Shown piece by piece: positions 39,785 to 53,498 of a stretch of 53,498 bases of DNA (positions are counted from its first letter, which is position 1; the number at the start of each line of letters is the position of its first letter). Below the pieces are notes generated by a model. That model had not been told where the DNA came from. It saw only the letters and a list, made by a program, of their open reading frames with translations, and made no database searches. Both the position numbers and the translations under genes were made by a program. The stretch lies in the NCBI GenBank assembly GCA_016218345.1, contig JACREH010000058.1, positions 1 to 53,498 of the forward strand, read 5' to 3'. The DNA is from Gammaproteobacteria bacterium (GTDB lineage: Bacteria; Pseudomonadota; Gammaproteobacteria; Acidiferrobacterales; UBA6901).

Positions 39785-40114
39785 ATGGTACGGAAACTAG
39801 TATCAATCATTAAGACGAAGTGTCCTGCCTGCGGTAACCCATTGCCAACAGGATATATTCGATTTGTCGAACAATTGGAATGCTCCCGTTGCGGGGTAAC
39901 GCTTAATCTATCTTATAGAAGCAGTCTATATGCTCGCGGCATTCTTTTATTTTTGGCATTTCTCGCGCCGAGCATTGTCAGTGAATTGTCGGATTGGGAC
40001 GCAGTAACCATCTTCCCCTTTTCGTTTTTATTGGGAGTGTTGTTGTATGCAAGAATATACAAGTACGATGCACTGCCATCTAACAACCCCACGAGAGGTG
40101 AGATCGTGTCTTAA
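39785..40114 (+). CDS. hypothetical zinc-ribbon (CPACG...CSRCG) protein with two predicted TM helices
   Basis: A 330-nt ORF in an AT-rich stretch where stops are frequent. CxxC-19-CxxC, then ILLFLAFLAPSIV and IFPFSFLLGVLLYARI. Weak SD (GAAG). Confidence 0.5.
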   Translation: MVRKLVSIIKTKCPACGNPLPTGYIRFVEQLECSRCGVTLNLSYRSSLYARGILLFLAFLAPSIVSELSDWDAVTIFPFSFLLGVLLYARIYKYDALPSNNPTRGEIVS

Positions 40115-40180
40115 ATTGTCAGTACTTGGCACAACGCTCATTGAAAATATCATCGCGGGCACAATACAACCCAACGTGTT

Positions 40181-40225
40181 TGGTGGGCGCTGCCACCCTA
40201 CATTGAAAGATACTGCCCACCCACG
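40181..40225. repeat. REP-like GGTGGGC...GCCCACC element
   Basis: tggtgggcgctgccaccc ... ctgcccacccacg. Confidence 0.5.
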
Positions 40226-40244
40226 ATAATTCCGGGCAAGCTAA

Positions 40245-40275
40245 ATAAAAAAGGGGCCACTAGGCCCCTTTTTTG
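40245..40275. terminator. bidirectional rho-independent terminator (pnp and islet)
   Basis: ataaaaaa-ggggcc-acta-ggcccc-tttttt. A-run and T-run flank a 6-bp GC stem. Confidence 0.85.
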
Positions 40276-40295
40276 TCACTGCCTAGTCGCACGAA

Positions 40296-42395
<2,100 letters not shown>

Positions 42396-42451
42396 ACCCT
42401 CACGGAATTCATTGAACTACGGATACCGCCTGGACCGCCGAACTGCTGTTG

Positions 42452-42721
42452 TTATTTGCGAAGCCCGAGCTTTCCGACCAGGCTGCGATAGCGGTCGCCG
42501 CTGACGCGCTTCAGGTAGTCGAGCAGCTTGCGGCGCTTGCCGATCATGCGCAGCAGGCCCATGCGCGAATGGTTGTCGTGGGCGTGCGCCTGAAAATGTC
42601 CGGACAGCTCGTTGATGCGCGCCGACAGCAGCGCGATCTGCACTTCCGGCGAGCCGGTGTCGCCCTTGTCGGCCTGGTACTGCTTGATGACGTCGGCCTT
42701 TTGTTCCGCTTTGAGGGTCAT
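42452..42721 (-). CDS. rpsO: 30S ribosomal protein S15
   Basis: [23 protein letters not shown]...[23 protein letters not shown] at 42721 with a CAGAGG SD. Confidence 0.97.
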   Translation of the reverse strand: MTLKAEQKADVIKQYQADKGDTGSPEVQIALLSARINELSGHFQAHAHDNHSRMGLLRMIGKRRKLLDYLKRVSGDRYRSLVGKLGLRK

Positions 42722-42767
42722 GCTGAAGCCTCTGGTTTCGCTGTTTAGATTGGTTCCGAGGGCGCGT

Positions 42768-42796
42768 ATTCTAACCGCCCCCCACCCCGGGCTCAA
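42768..42796 (-). promoter_or_regulatory. putative sigma70 promoter of rpsO (TTGAGC-17 nt-TAGAAT)
   Basis: Minus-strand hexamers at 42796-42791 and 42773-42768. The -35 overlaps the truB stop codon. Confidence 0.45.
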
Positions 42797-43725
42797 CCGT
42801 TTTCTTTCGCCCGATCAAGGCGTTCCGAGGCCAGCGGCCGGCACACCAGGCGCTTGGGCGCGACCTGCCCGTCGGCCTGCACCTCGCCCAGGCCGAGGAA
42901 CTCCCGGTCCTCGTACAGCCGCACCCAGCCGGCCGGCAGGCCGTGCGGGGCGCTCACCGCCTGGCCCTGGCGCAGGTAATAGGCGGCATCCCGCGAGAGC
43001 GTGACCGCCGGCAGGTGATCCACCGCCGTGTCGCCGGGCAGCAGCAGCGCGGCGCGCTCCGCCGGCGTGGCCAGGGCACGCAGCGCGTCCAGCGTCACCG
43101 CCCGATCGACATCGAACCCGGCGCTCGCCGTCCGCCGCAGGCGCGCGACATGCCCACCGCAGCCCAGGGCCTCACCCAGGTCGTGGGCGAGACTGCGGAT
43201 ATAGGTGCCCTTGCTGCAACGGATGTCGAGGGTCAGCTCGTCGCCCTGGCGGTCGACGAGATCGAGGCTATAGATCGTCACGCGCCGTGGCGGAACTTCG
43301 ACCTCGCGGCCGGCGCGCGCCAGTTCATACAGGCGCCGGCCGTCGATCTTGATCGCCGAGTAGCGCGGCGGGATCTGCTCGATCTCGCCGCGAAACGCCG
43401 CCAGGGCGCGCTCGATGGTCGCGGTCTCGACCGCCACCGACCGGGTCGCGGTGATCTCGCCCTCGCCGTCATAGGTGGTCGTGGACACGCCCAGCTTGAC
43501 CACGGTCAGGTAGCGCTTGTCGGCATCCAGCAGGAAGCGCGAAAACTTGGTGGCCTCGCCGAAGCACAATGGCAACAGCCCGCTCGCCAGCGGGTCGAGG
43601 CTGCCGGTATGCCCGGCCTTGCGCGCGTTCAGCAGGCGCTTGGCCTCTTGCAACGCGCGGTTCGACGTCATGCCGACCGGCTTGTCGAGCAGCAAGATGC
43701 CGTCAATGTCGAGACGTTCGCGCAT
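42793..43725 (-). CDS. truB: tRNA pseudouridine(55) synthase
   Basis: [14 protein letters not shown], catalytic [12 protein letters not shown]-terminal PUA-like region. Confidence 0.96.
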   Translation of the reverse strand: MRERLDIDGILLLDKPVGMTSNRALQEAKRLLNARKAGHTGSLDPLASGLLPLCFGEATKFSRFLLDADKRYLTVVKLGVSTTTYDGEGEITATRSVAVETATIERALAAFRGEIEQIPPRYSAIKIDGRRLYELARAGREVEVPPRRVTIYSLDLVDRQGDELTLDIRCSKGTYIRSLAHDLGEALGCGGHVARLRRTASAGFDVDRAVTLDALRALATPAERAALLLPGDTAVDHLPAVTLSRDAAYYLRQGQAVSAPHGLPAGWVRLYEDREFLGLGEVQADGQVAPKRLVCRPLASERLDRAKENG

Positions 43726-43753
43726 AATCTAAGGAAGAGAGAGTTTGTAATAG

Positions 43754-43893
43754 TTTTTGCCGCAGAGGCCGCCGCCGCGCGTCCTGCGCTTACGCGGCAT
43801 TCGCACATCCCTGTACATCACGCAAAGACGCGGAGAAAAGCATTTCTTAATAGTTAAACCTCTGCATTCTCTGCGTCTTTGCGGCGAGAAATC
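43754..43893. mobile_element. family A element (short core) carrying a B-module in its left arm
   Basis: tttttgccgcagaggc [B-module 43767-43821] gcaaagacgcggagaaaagc ... tctgcattctctgcgtctttgcggcgag. Confidence 0.6.
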
Positions 43894-43926
43894 AATTCAT
43901 ACCCGCTTGAATTTCAAAAGAACTAT

Positions 43927-44322
43927 TTAGTTGTCGGTGCGGTCCTTGGCCACGGCCTGTTCGATCAGATGCGACAGCGCCACGCCCTTTTCCACCGATT
44001 CGTCGTATACGAACCGCAGTTCCGGGATGACCCGCAGCTTCACCCGCGTCCGAAGCGCGTTGCGCAGAAAGCCGGCGGCGTGGTTGAGCGCCGCCACCGT
44101 CTTGGGGGCGTCGCCGACGCCGCTCAGATGGGTGATAAACACCTTGGCGTGCGACAGATCCGGGGCGACATCGACCGCCGTGATCGTGAACTGCCCGACG
44201 CGCGGGTCGGCCAATTCGCGGGCGATCACCATCGACAACTCGCGCTGCAACAACTCGGCTATCCGTAACGGCCGCGTGCCCTTGGGCCCGCGTTGGCGGT
44301 TGTGACTAGAGGACTTACGCAT
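43927..44322 (-). CDS. rbfA: ribosome-binding factor A
   Basis: RPLRIAELLQRELSMVIARELADPRVG parallels E. coli RPQRVAQEMQKEIALIL..DPRLG. 17-aa basic N-terminal extension. Confidence 0.93.
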   Translation of the reverse strand: MRKSSSHNRQRGPKGTRPLRIAELLQRELSMVIARELADPRVGQFTITAVDVAPDLSHAKVFITHLSGVGDAPKTVAALNHAAGFLRNALRTRVKLRVIPELRFVYDESVEKGVALSHLIEQAVAKDRTDN

Positions 44323-44350
44323 AAGAGGTGAAGAACCCTGAAAATATGAC

Positions 44351-44555
44351 TATCTGCCGCAGAGACGGTCGCTCCTGCGCATCCTGCGCTCGCGACATTG
44401 GTACTTCCTGTACGGCACAGAGGACACAAAGAGAGTCTCTTTGAGGTTAACACCTAAATCCGTGCCTGATGCAGGACTACAGCCTTAATTCCGAGTATTG
44501 GGTTTAGCTGAAAAATGCCTTTCTCTGCGTCCTTTGCGTCTCTGCGGCAAGAGAT
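44351..44555. mobile_element. family A element carrying a B-module in its left arm
   Basis: tatctgccgcagagac [B-module 44365-44418] acagaggacacaaagagag ... tttctctgcgtcctttgcgtctctgcggcaagagat. Confidence 0.6.
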
Positions 44556-44556
44556 A

Positions 44557-46977
<2,421 letters not shown>

Positions 46978-46985
46978 AATCAGTT

Positions 46986-48485
46986 TTACTGTTGGGCCTC
47001 GTTGGCGAACCAGGGAGCGCGCGCGGCCATGATCAGCACCTTGGCGCGCTCTTCGTCGATCCCTTCGATCTCGATAAGCTCGTCGACCGATTGCTCGGCC
47101 AGCTCTTCCATGCTGGTGATGCCGTGGCTGGCGAGCAGGTGGGCGGTGTGATCGTCCATGCCCTCCATTCCCAGCAGGTCCTTGGACGGTTCGGCCATAT
47201 CGATTTTCTCCTCAAGGGCGATCGCCTTGGTCAGCAGCACATCGCGCGCGCGGTTGCGCAGTTCCTCGACCAGATCCTCGTCGAATTCCTCGATCGCGGC
47301 GAGTTCCTGTTTCGGCACATAGGCGACCTCGTCCAGGCTGGTGTAGCCCTCGCGCACCAGGATGTTGGCCACGTTGTCGTCGACCCCGAGCTGTTCCTTG
47401 AACATCTCGACGGTGTTGGCGGATTCGGTCGCGCCCTTCTCGTTGGCGGTTTCTTCCGTCATTACGTTGATTTCCCAACCGGTCAGTTCGGACGCCAGGC
47501 GCACATTCTGGCCGCCGCGGCCGATGGACTGGGCCAACTGGGACTCATCGACGATCACATCCATGCTGTGCGATTCTTCGTCGACGACAATCGATTGCAC
47601 CTCGGCCGGTGCCAGCGCGTTGATCACGAATTGCGCCGGATCGGGCGACCACAGGATGATGTCGACGCGCTCGCCGGCAAGTTCGTTCGAAACGCTCTGC
47701 ACGCGCATGCCGCGCATGCCGACGCAGGCACCGATCGGGTCGATGCGTTGGTCCTTGGTGCTGGCCGCGATCTTGGCGCGCAGGCCCGGGTCGCGGGCGG
47801 CGTTATGAATTGTGATGAGCCCCTCGCCGGCCTCCGGAACTTCGAGCTTGAACAACTCGATGACCAGTTGCGGCGCGGTGCGGCTCAGGAACAACTGCGG
47901 ACCGCGCGGCGTGGAGTACACGTCCTCCAGGTAGGCGCGGATGCGATCGCCGGGGCGCAGGCCCTCGTGCGGGATGGTGGCGGTTTTCGGCAACAGCGCC
48001 TCGGCCGCGCCCAGGTCGATGATCGCCTCGCCGCGCTCCAGGCGCTTGACCACACCGGTAACGAGCGTGCCCTTGCGATCCTTGAAATTGGCGATGATCT
48101 GCTCGCGCTCGGCCTCGCGCACCTTTTGCACGATCACCTGCTTGGCGGCCTGGGCGGCGATGCGGCCGAACGTGACCGGTTCCAGCGGTTCCTCGACGAA
48201 ACCGCCGACCTCGATATCGGGCACGCGCTCGCGCGCCTCGGTCAGGCGCAACTGCTTGTCCGGGAATTCGACGATCTCGGTCTCGTCCGGTAGCACTTCC
48301 CAGCGACGGAAGGTGTCGTAGGCGCCGGTGGTGCGATGAATCGCGACGCGCACGTCGATATCTTCCTTGTGACGCTTGCGCGTGGCGGTGGCGAGCGCCG
48401 CTTCCAGCGCCTGGAAGATGACTTCGCGCTCCACGCCCTTTTCGCGCGAGACCGCGTCAGCCACCATTAAAATTTCACTGCTCAT
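46986..48485 (-). CDS. nusA: transcription termination/antitermination factor NusA
   Basis: N-terminal domain, S1, two KH domains ([23 protein letters not shown]), C-terminal acidic repeats. Confidence 0.97.
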   Translation of the reverse strand: MSSEILMVADAVSREKGVEREVIFQALEAALATATRKRHKEDIDVRVAIHRTTGAYDTFRRWEVLPDETEIVEFPDKQLRLTEARERVPDIEVGGFVEEPLEPVTFGRIAAQAAKQVIVQKVREAEREQIIANFKDRKGTLVTGVVKRLERGEAIIDLGAAEALLPKTATIPHEGLRPGDRIRAYLEDVYSTPRGPQLFLSRTAPQLVIELFKLEVPEAGEGLITIHNAARDPGLRAKIAASTKDQRIDPIGACVGMRGMRVQSVSNELAGERVDIILWSPDPAQFVINALAPAEVQSIVVDEESHSMDVIVDESQLAQSIGRGGQNVRLASELTGWEINVMTEETANEKGATESANTVEMFKEQLGVDDNVANILVREGYTSLDEVAYVPKQELAAIEEFDEDLVEELRNRARDVLLTKAIALEEKIDMAEPSKDLLGMEGMDDHTAHLLASHGITSMEELAEQSVDELIEIEGIDEERAKVLIMAARAPWFANEAQQ

Positions 48486-48509
48486 AAAGCCTCCGCCACA
48501 ACTCTCTGA

Positions 48510-48968
48510 CTACTTATACTTTGGCACCAGCCGCGCGCGCTCGATCGCCGCCAGCGGCAATTCGTAGCTCTCGCCATCCACATCCACGATCGCGCTCTCC
48601 CCCTCCACCGCCGTCAACCGGCCGGTGAAGTTGCGCCGGCCCATGATCGGCGCGTGGGTCTTGACCTTGACGGTCTCGCCCGTGAAGCGCTCGAAATCCT
48701 CGCGCCGCGTGAGCGGCCGGTCGAGGCCCGGCGACGACACCTCGAGCTGGTATTTCCCCGTGATCGGGTCTTCCACGTCCAGGATCGCGCTCAACTGGTG
48801 GCTCACCTTGGCGCAATCGTCCACGTTGATCCCCCGGGGGTGGTCAATATACACCCGCAACACGCTATGGCCGGCGCCGCTACTCATCTCGGTGTCGACC
48901 AATTCGAACCCCAGGGCCTGGACCGCGGGTTCGAACATGGCGCGCAGCGCCGTCCTGCTGGTTCGCAT
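48510..48968 (-). CDS. rimP: ribosome maturation factor RimP
   Basis: GFELVD...LRVYID...DDCAKVSHQLSAILDVEDPI...YQLEVSSPGLDRPL. ATG at 48968. Confidence 0.93.
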   Translation of the reverse strand: MRTSRTALRAMFEPAVQALGFELVDTEMSSGAGHSVLRVYIDHPRGINVDDCAKVSHQLSAILDVEDPITGKYQLEVSSPGLDRPLTRREDFERFTGETVKVKTHAPIMGRRNFTGRLTAVEGESAIVDVDGESYELPLAAIERARLVPKYK

Positions 48969-49115
48969 AAAACCGCCCCAAAAACGCAAAAGTGGGCGCA
49001 AGGCCCACTTTTCTTTTAACTCAACTGTGCGGATTATAAGGGTTTTTTGCCCAGAACTCAACAAACCCGTCGAAATCCACACACCGGCCCCGCCTGCGGG
49101 GGCATAAATATAAAT

Positions 49116-49192
<77 letters not shown>

Positions 49193-49204
49193 ACGCGAGC
49201 GCGC

Positions 49205-49233
49205 AGTCTACCGGCCCGGCCGCCGGGTTTCAA
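49205..49233 (-). promoter_or_regulatory. putative sigma70 promoter of the metY-rimP-nusA-infB operon (TTGAAA-17 nt-TAGACT)
   Basis: Minus-strand hexamers at 49233-49228 and 49210-49205, 12 nt upstream of the tRNA 5' end. Confidence 0.5.
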
Positions 49234-49254
49234 GGAGAAACGGGGGTGTTGCCG

Positions 49255-50703
49255 TCAGGCGAGCGTCAGGATCGCCCGACTGCAGAGATCGAGGAACGCC
49301 CCCAGCCACGGGGTGACGGCGACCAGCGCCAAGGCGTTGACGGTGAGCAACGCGCGCATGTCGAGGCCGGACTGGATCGCGTTGGTGTCGGCGGGCGCGT
49401 CGAAATACATGAGCTTCACGACCCGCAGGTAATAAAACGCCCCGATCACCGAGAACAGCACGGCCACGGCCGCCAGCCAGACGAGATCGACCTGGACGAC
49501 CGATTGGATGACCGCCAGTTTGGCGTAGAAGCCGGCGGTCGGGGGCACGCCGGCCATCGAGAACATGAGCAGCAGCATCAGGAACGCGTACCAGGGGCTG
49601 CGCTGGTTGAGGCCGCGGAAATCGTCGAGCTGTTCGGCCTCATGGCCGGCGCGCGACAGCAGCAGGACCATGCCGAACGCGCCCAGGCTCATGACCGCGT
49701 ACACCAATATATAGAACAGCGCCGAACCGTAACCGTTGGCGCCGGCGCTCAGAATGCCGAGCAGGAAGAAGCCCATGTGCGAGATCGCCGAATAGGCCAG
49801 CATGCGCTTGAGGTTGGTCTGGGCGATGGCGATGACGTTGCCGACCGCCATCGACAAGATGGCCATGATGATCAGCATGTCCTGCCAGGCGACCGCCAGG
49901 TCTTGCAGGCCGCCGACCAGGAGCCGCAGCACCATGGCGAACGCCGCGAGCTTCGGAGCGGTGGCGATGTACAGCGTCACCGAGGTCGGCGCACCGTGGT
50001 AGACGTCCGGAATCCACATGTGGAACGGCACCGCGCCGAGCTTGAACGCCAGGCCGACGAGCACGAACACCAGCCCGAAAATCAGCACCACGTTGTTGGC
50101 GGCGGACACGCCGGTCACCGCCTGGCGCACGGCGGCGATGTCGAGGCTGCCGGTCACGCCGTAGAGCATGGACATGCCGTACAGCAACATGCCGGAGGCG
50201 AGCGCGCCGAGCACGAAATATTTCATGGCCGCTTCCGTGGCCGGATAGGAATCGCGCTGGAACGCCACCATGGCGTAGAGGCTGAGCGACAGCAACTCCA
50301 GGCCGAGGTACAGCACCAGCAGGTGGCCGGCCGAGGCCATCACCATCATGCCGAGCACGCCGAACAGGCCCAGCACGAAATACTCGCCGCGGTACATGCC
50401 GCGCGCCGCCAGGTAGGCGCGCGAATAGACGAACACCGTGAAGGTGAGCGCGTAGATGCCGAGCTTGAGCACGTCCGACATCAGGTCGTCGAGGAACATG
50501 CCGTGAAAGACGCTACGCGCCGCGCCGCTGTGATCGGAGAGCGTGAGCGCCGCCGCCCCGGCCAGGGTCAGGAGCGCCAGGCCGAAGCTCACGTGACGGC
50601 GCTCCTGGCTGAGCGACAGGTCGATGAGCAGGATCGCGCAGGCCATCGCCAGCACGAAGATCTCCGGAAACAACGGCGCGAGTTCGGTCAGGATCGGGTT
50701 CAT
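49255..50703 (-). CDS. nuoN: NADH-quinone oxidoreductase subunit N
   Basis: Polytopic antiporter-like subunit. The ATG at 50703 forms an ATGA overlap with the nuoM stop. Confidence 0.93.
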   Translation of the reverse strand: MNPILTELAPLFPEIFVLAMACAILLIDLSLSQERRHVSFGLALLTLAGAAALTLSDHSGAARSVFHGMFLDDLMSDVLKLGIYALTFTVFVYSRAYLAARGMYRGEYFVLGLFGVLGMMVMASAGHLLVLYLGLELLSLSLYAMVAFQRDSYPATEAAMKYFVLGALASGMLLYGMSMLYGVTGSLDIAAVRQAVTGVSAANNVVLIFGLVFVLVGLAFKLGAVPFHMWIPDVYHGAPTSVTLYIATAPKLAAFAMVLRLLVGGLQDLAVAWQDMLIIMAILSMAVGNVIAIAQTNLKRMLAYSAISHMGFFLLGILSAGANGYGSALFYILVYAVMSLGAFGMVLLLSRAGHEAEQLDDFRGLNQRSPWYAFLMLLLMFSMAGVPPTAGFYAKLAVIQSVVQVDLVWLAAVAVLFSVIGAFYYLRVVKLMYFDAPADTNAIQSGLDMRALLTVNALALVAVTPWLGAFLDLCSRAILTLA

Positions 50704-52187
50704 GGCGACAGTTTCGACACGGCGGTGAGTTTCAGCAGGTTCTCGACCGACACGTGCATGATGTCGAGGAACGGGTTCGGCCACAGGCCCATGGCCAGCA
50801 CCGCGGCCGCGAGCAGCGTCAAGAACAGGATTTCGCGTCCGTTGGCATCCTCGAGGGTCGCGACCTTCTCATGGCGCACCGCGCCGAAGATCACGCGCTT
50901 GTACATCCACAGCGTGTAGGCGGCGCCGAACACCAGCGTGGTGCCGGCCAGTACCGCGTACCAGACATTCGCCTGGAAGGCGCCGAGGATCACCAGGAAT
51001 TCGCCGACGAAGCCGGAGGTGCCCGGCAGGCCGGCGTTGGCCATGGCGAACAGCATCATGAACGAGGCGAACACCGGCATACGCTCGGCCACGCCGCCGT
51101 AATCCGCGATCATGCGCGAATGCAGGCGGTCGTAGAGCACGCCCACGCACAGGAACAGCGCGCCGGACACGAAGCCGTGCGAGATCATCTGCACAACCGC
51201 GCCCTCCACGCCCTGGGCGTTGAAGATGAACAACCCGAGGGTCACGAAGCCCATGTGGGCGATCGACGAATAGGCGATGAGTTTCTTCATGTCCTCCTGC
51301 ACCAGCGCCACCAGGCCGATGTAGACGATGGCGATCAGCGACAAGCCGATCATCAGCCAGGCCAGCTCGTGGCTGGCGTCCGGCAGGATCGGCAGGCTGA
51401 AGCGCAGGAAGCCGTAGGCGCCCATCTTGAGCATGAGCGCCGCCAGGATCACCGAGCCGCCGGTCGGCGCCTCGACATGCGCGTCCGGCAGCCAAGTGTG
51501 CACCGGCCACATCGGCACCTTGACCGCGAACGCCATCAAGAACGCCAGGAAGATCAGGATCTGCTCGGTCATGCCGAGCCTGACGGCGTGGAAGGCGAGG
51601 ATATCGAAGCTCTGGCCGGCCTGGTAATAGAGGTAAATGAACGCCACCAGCATCAGCACCGAGCCGAGCAAGGTATAGAGGAAGAACTTGAAGGTCGCGT
51701 ATACCCGGTTCGGCCCGCCCCAGACGCCGATGATGATGAACATCGGGATCAGCATCGCCTCCCAGAACACGTAGAACAGGATGGCGTCGAGCGCGCTGAA
51801 CACGCCGATCATCAGGCCTTCCATGATCAGGAACGCCGCCATGTACTGGGCGACGCGGGTTTCGATCACCCGCCAGGCGGAGATCACCACCAGCACCGTC
51901 GAGAAACTGGTGAGCAACACCAGCAACAGCGAAATGCCGTCCACGCCCAGGTAATAATCGATGTTGAATGCCGGGATCCAGACGCGGTGCTCGACGAACT
52001 GCATGGCCGCGGTGTGGATGTCGAAGCCGGTGTACAGCGGTAGCGTGGCCAGGAAACTCGCGATCGCGATCAGCAGGCTCAAGCGCCGGGCGAGCGGCGC
52101 GTTGCGGTCGTCGCCGGTGGCGAGCACGGCGATGCCGCCGACGATCGGCAACCAGATGGCGAGGCTCAGCGCGGAGTTGATAAACAT
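50700..52187 (-). CDS. nuoM: NADH-quinone oxidoreductase subunit M
   Basis: Antiporter-like subunit (...[21 protein letters not shown]...), in the L-M-N order. Confidence 0.95.
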   Translation of the reverse strand: MFINSALSLAIWLPIVGGIAVLATGDDRNAPLARRLSLLIAIASFLATLPLYTGFDIHTAAMQFVEHRVWIPAFNIDYYLGVDGISLLLVLLTSFSTVLVVISAWRVIETRVAQYMAAFLIMEGLMIGVFSALDAILFYVFWEAMLIPMFIIIGVWGGPNRVYATFKFFLYTLLGSVLMLVAFIYLYYQAGQSFDILAFHAVRLGMTEQILIFLAFLMAFAVKVPMWPVHTWLPDAHVEAPTGGSVILAALMLKMGAYGFLRFSLPILPDASHELAWLMIGLSLIAIVYIGLVALVQEDMKKLIAYSSIAHMGFVTLGLFIFNAQGVEGAVVQMISHGFVSGALFLCVGVLYDRLHSRMIADYGGVAERMPVFASFMMLFAMANAGLPGTSGFVGEFLVILGAFQANVWYAVLAGTTLVFGAAYTLWMYKRVIFGAVRHEKVATLEDANGREILFLTLLAAAVLAMGLWPNPFLDIMHVSVENLLKLTAVSKLSP

Positions 52188-52205
52188 GATCGGGATCGTC
52201 CGGCG

Positions 52206-53498
<1,293 letters not shown>

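Noticed and set aside
40047-40229. 60-aa plus-strand ORF overlapping the end of the Zn-ribbon ORF.
   Set aside because: It is out of frame and overlaps a longer ORF. It runs into the REP and terminator region and has no start context.
44346-44444. 32-codon Cys-rich mini-ORF (MTICRRDGRSCASCARDIGTSCTAQRTQRESL) on the plus strand, downstream of an AAGAGGTGA box.
   Set aside because: It lies entirely inside the repeat element on the strand opposite to the operon. The SD-like box is 15 nt from the ATG. The equivalent frame is not preserved in the other B-module copies.

Overview
This is a GC-rich (roughly two-thirds G+C by eye) core-chromosome segment with proteobacterial, gammaproteobacteria-like synteny. 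All gene calls rest on motifs I recognise in the supplied translations; no database search was run.

Reading left to right:
- Minus strand: a porin, then a translationally coupled Lon-like protease and tandem-USP pair, then panD-panC-panB-dNK-folK-pcnB.
- tRNA-Glu(CUC), followed by a MacB-type ABC ATPase, an FtsX permease and a LolA-like protein.
- Two tandem paralogous GGDEF-EAL signalling proteins.
- queD, a carboxylesterase, an RhdA-like rhodanese, an aminotransferase, dksA, dihydroorotase and uppP.
- An SRP (4.5S) RNA that the ORF track cannot show, and two tRNA-Ser genes.
- mltF, tadA, guaBA, xseA, an M23 peptidase, a nucleotide-sugar dehydrogenase, acs and a YheT-like hydrolase.
- The classic superoperon metY(tRNA-fMet)-rimP-nusA-infB-rbfA-truB-rpsO-pnp, preceded by nuoLMN (nuoL is cut by the window end).

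I saw no CRISPR array, transposase, integrase, prophage or known multi-gene defence system.

Two things stand out:
1. One clearly foreign, AT-rich ~1 kb islet (39214-40245) carries hicB-hicA plus an orphan Zn-ribbon two-TM membrane ORF.
2. Nearly every intergenic spacer over 100 bp is filled by palindromic REP/MITE-like elements of several families. One ~55-nt module is present three times, always in the same orientation. On the minus strand it folds into two small hairpins whose loops carry GGA, and one copy is an exact match to the CsrA SELEX consensus RUACARGGAUGU. These copies lie in a five-hairpin cluster just downstream of a GGDEF-EAL gene, and about 40 nt upstream of the SD-less truB and rbfA cistrons.

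The Csr/Rsm-type reading of that module is a hypothesis, not a demonstration; plain REP elements are the null explanation. The long antisense ORFs in the track are GC-bias artefacts.
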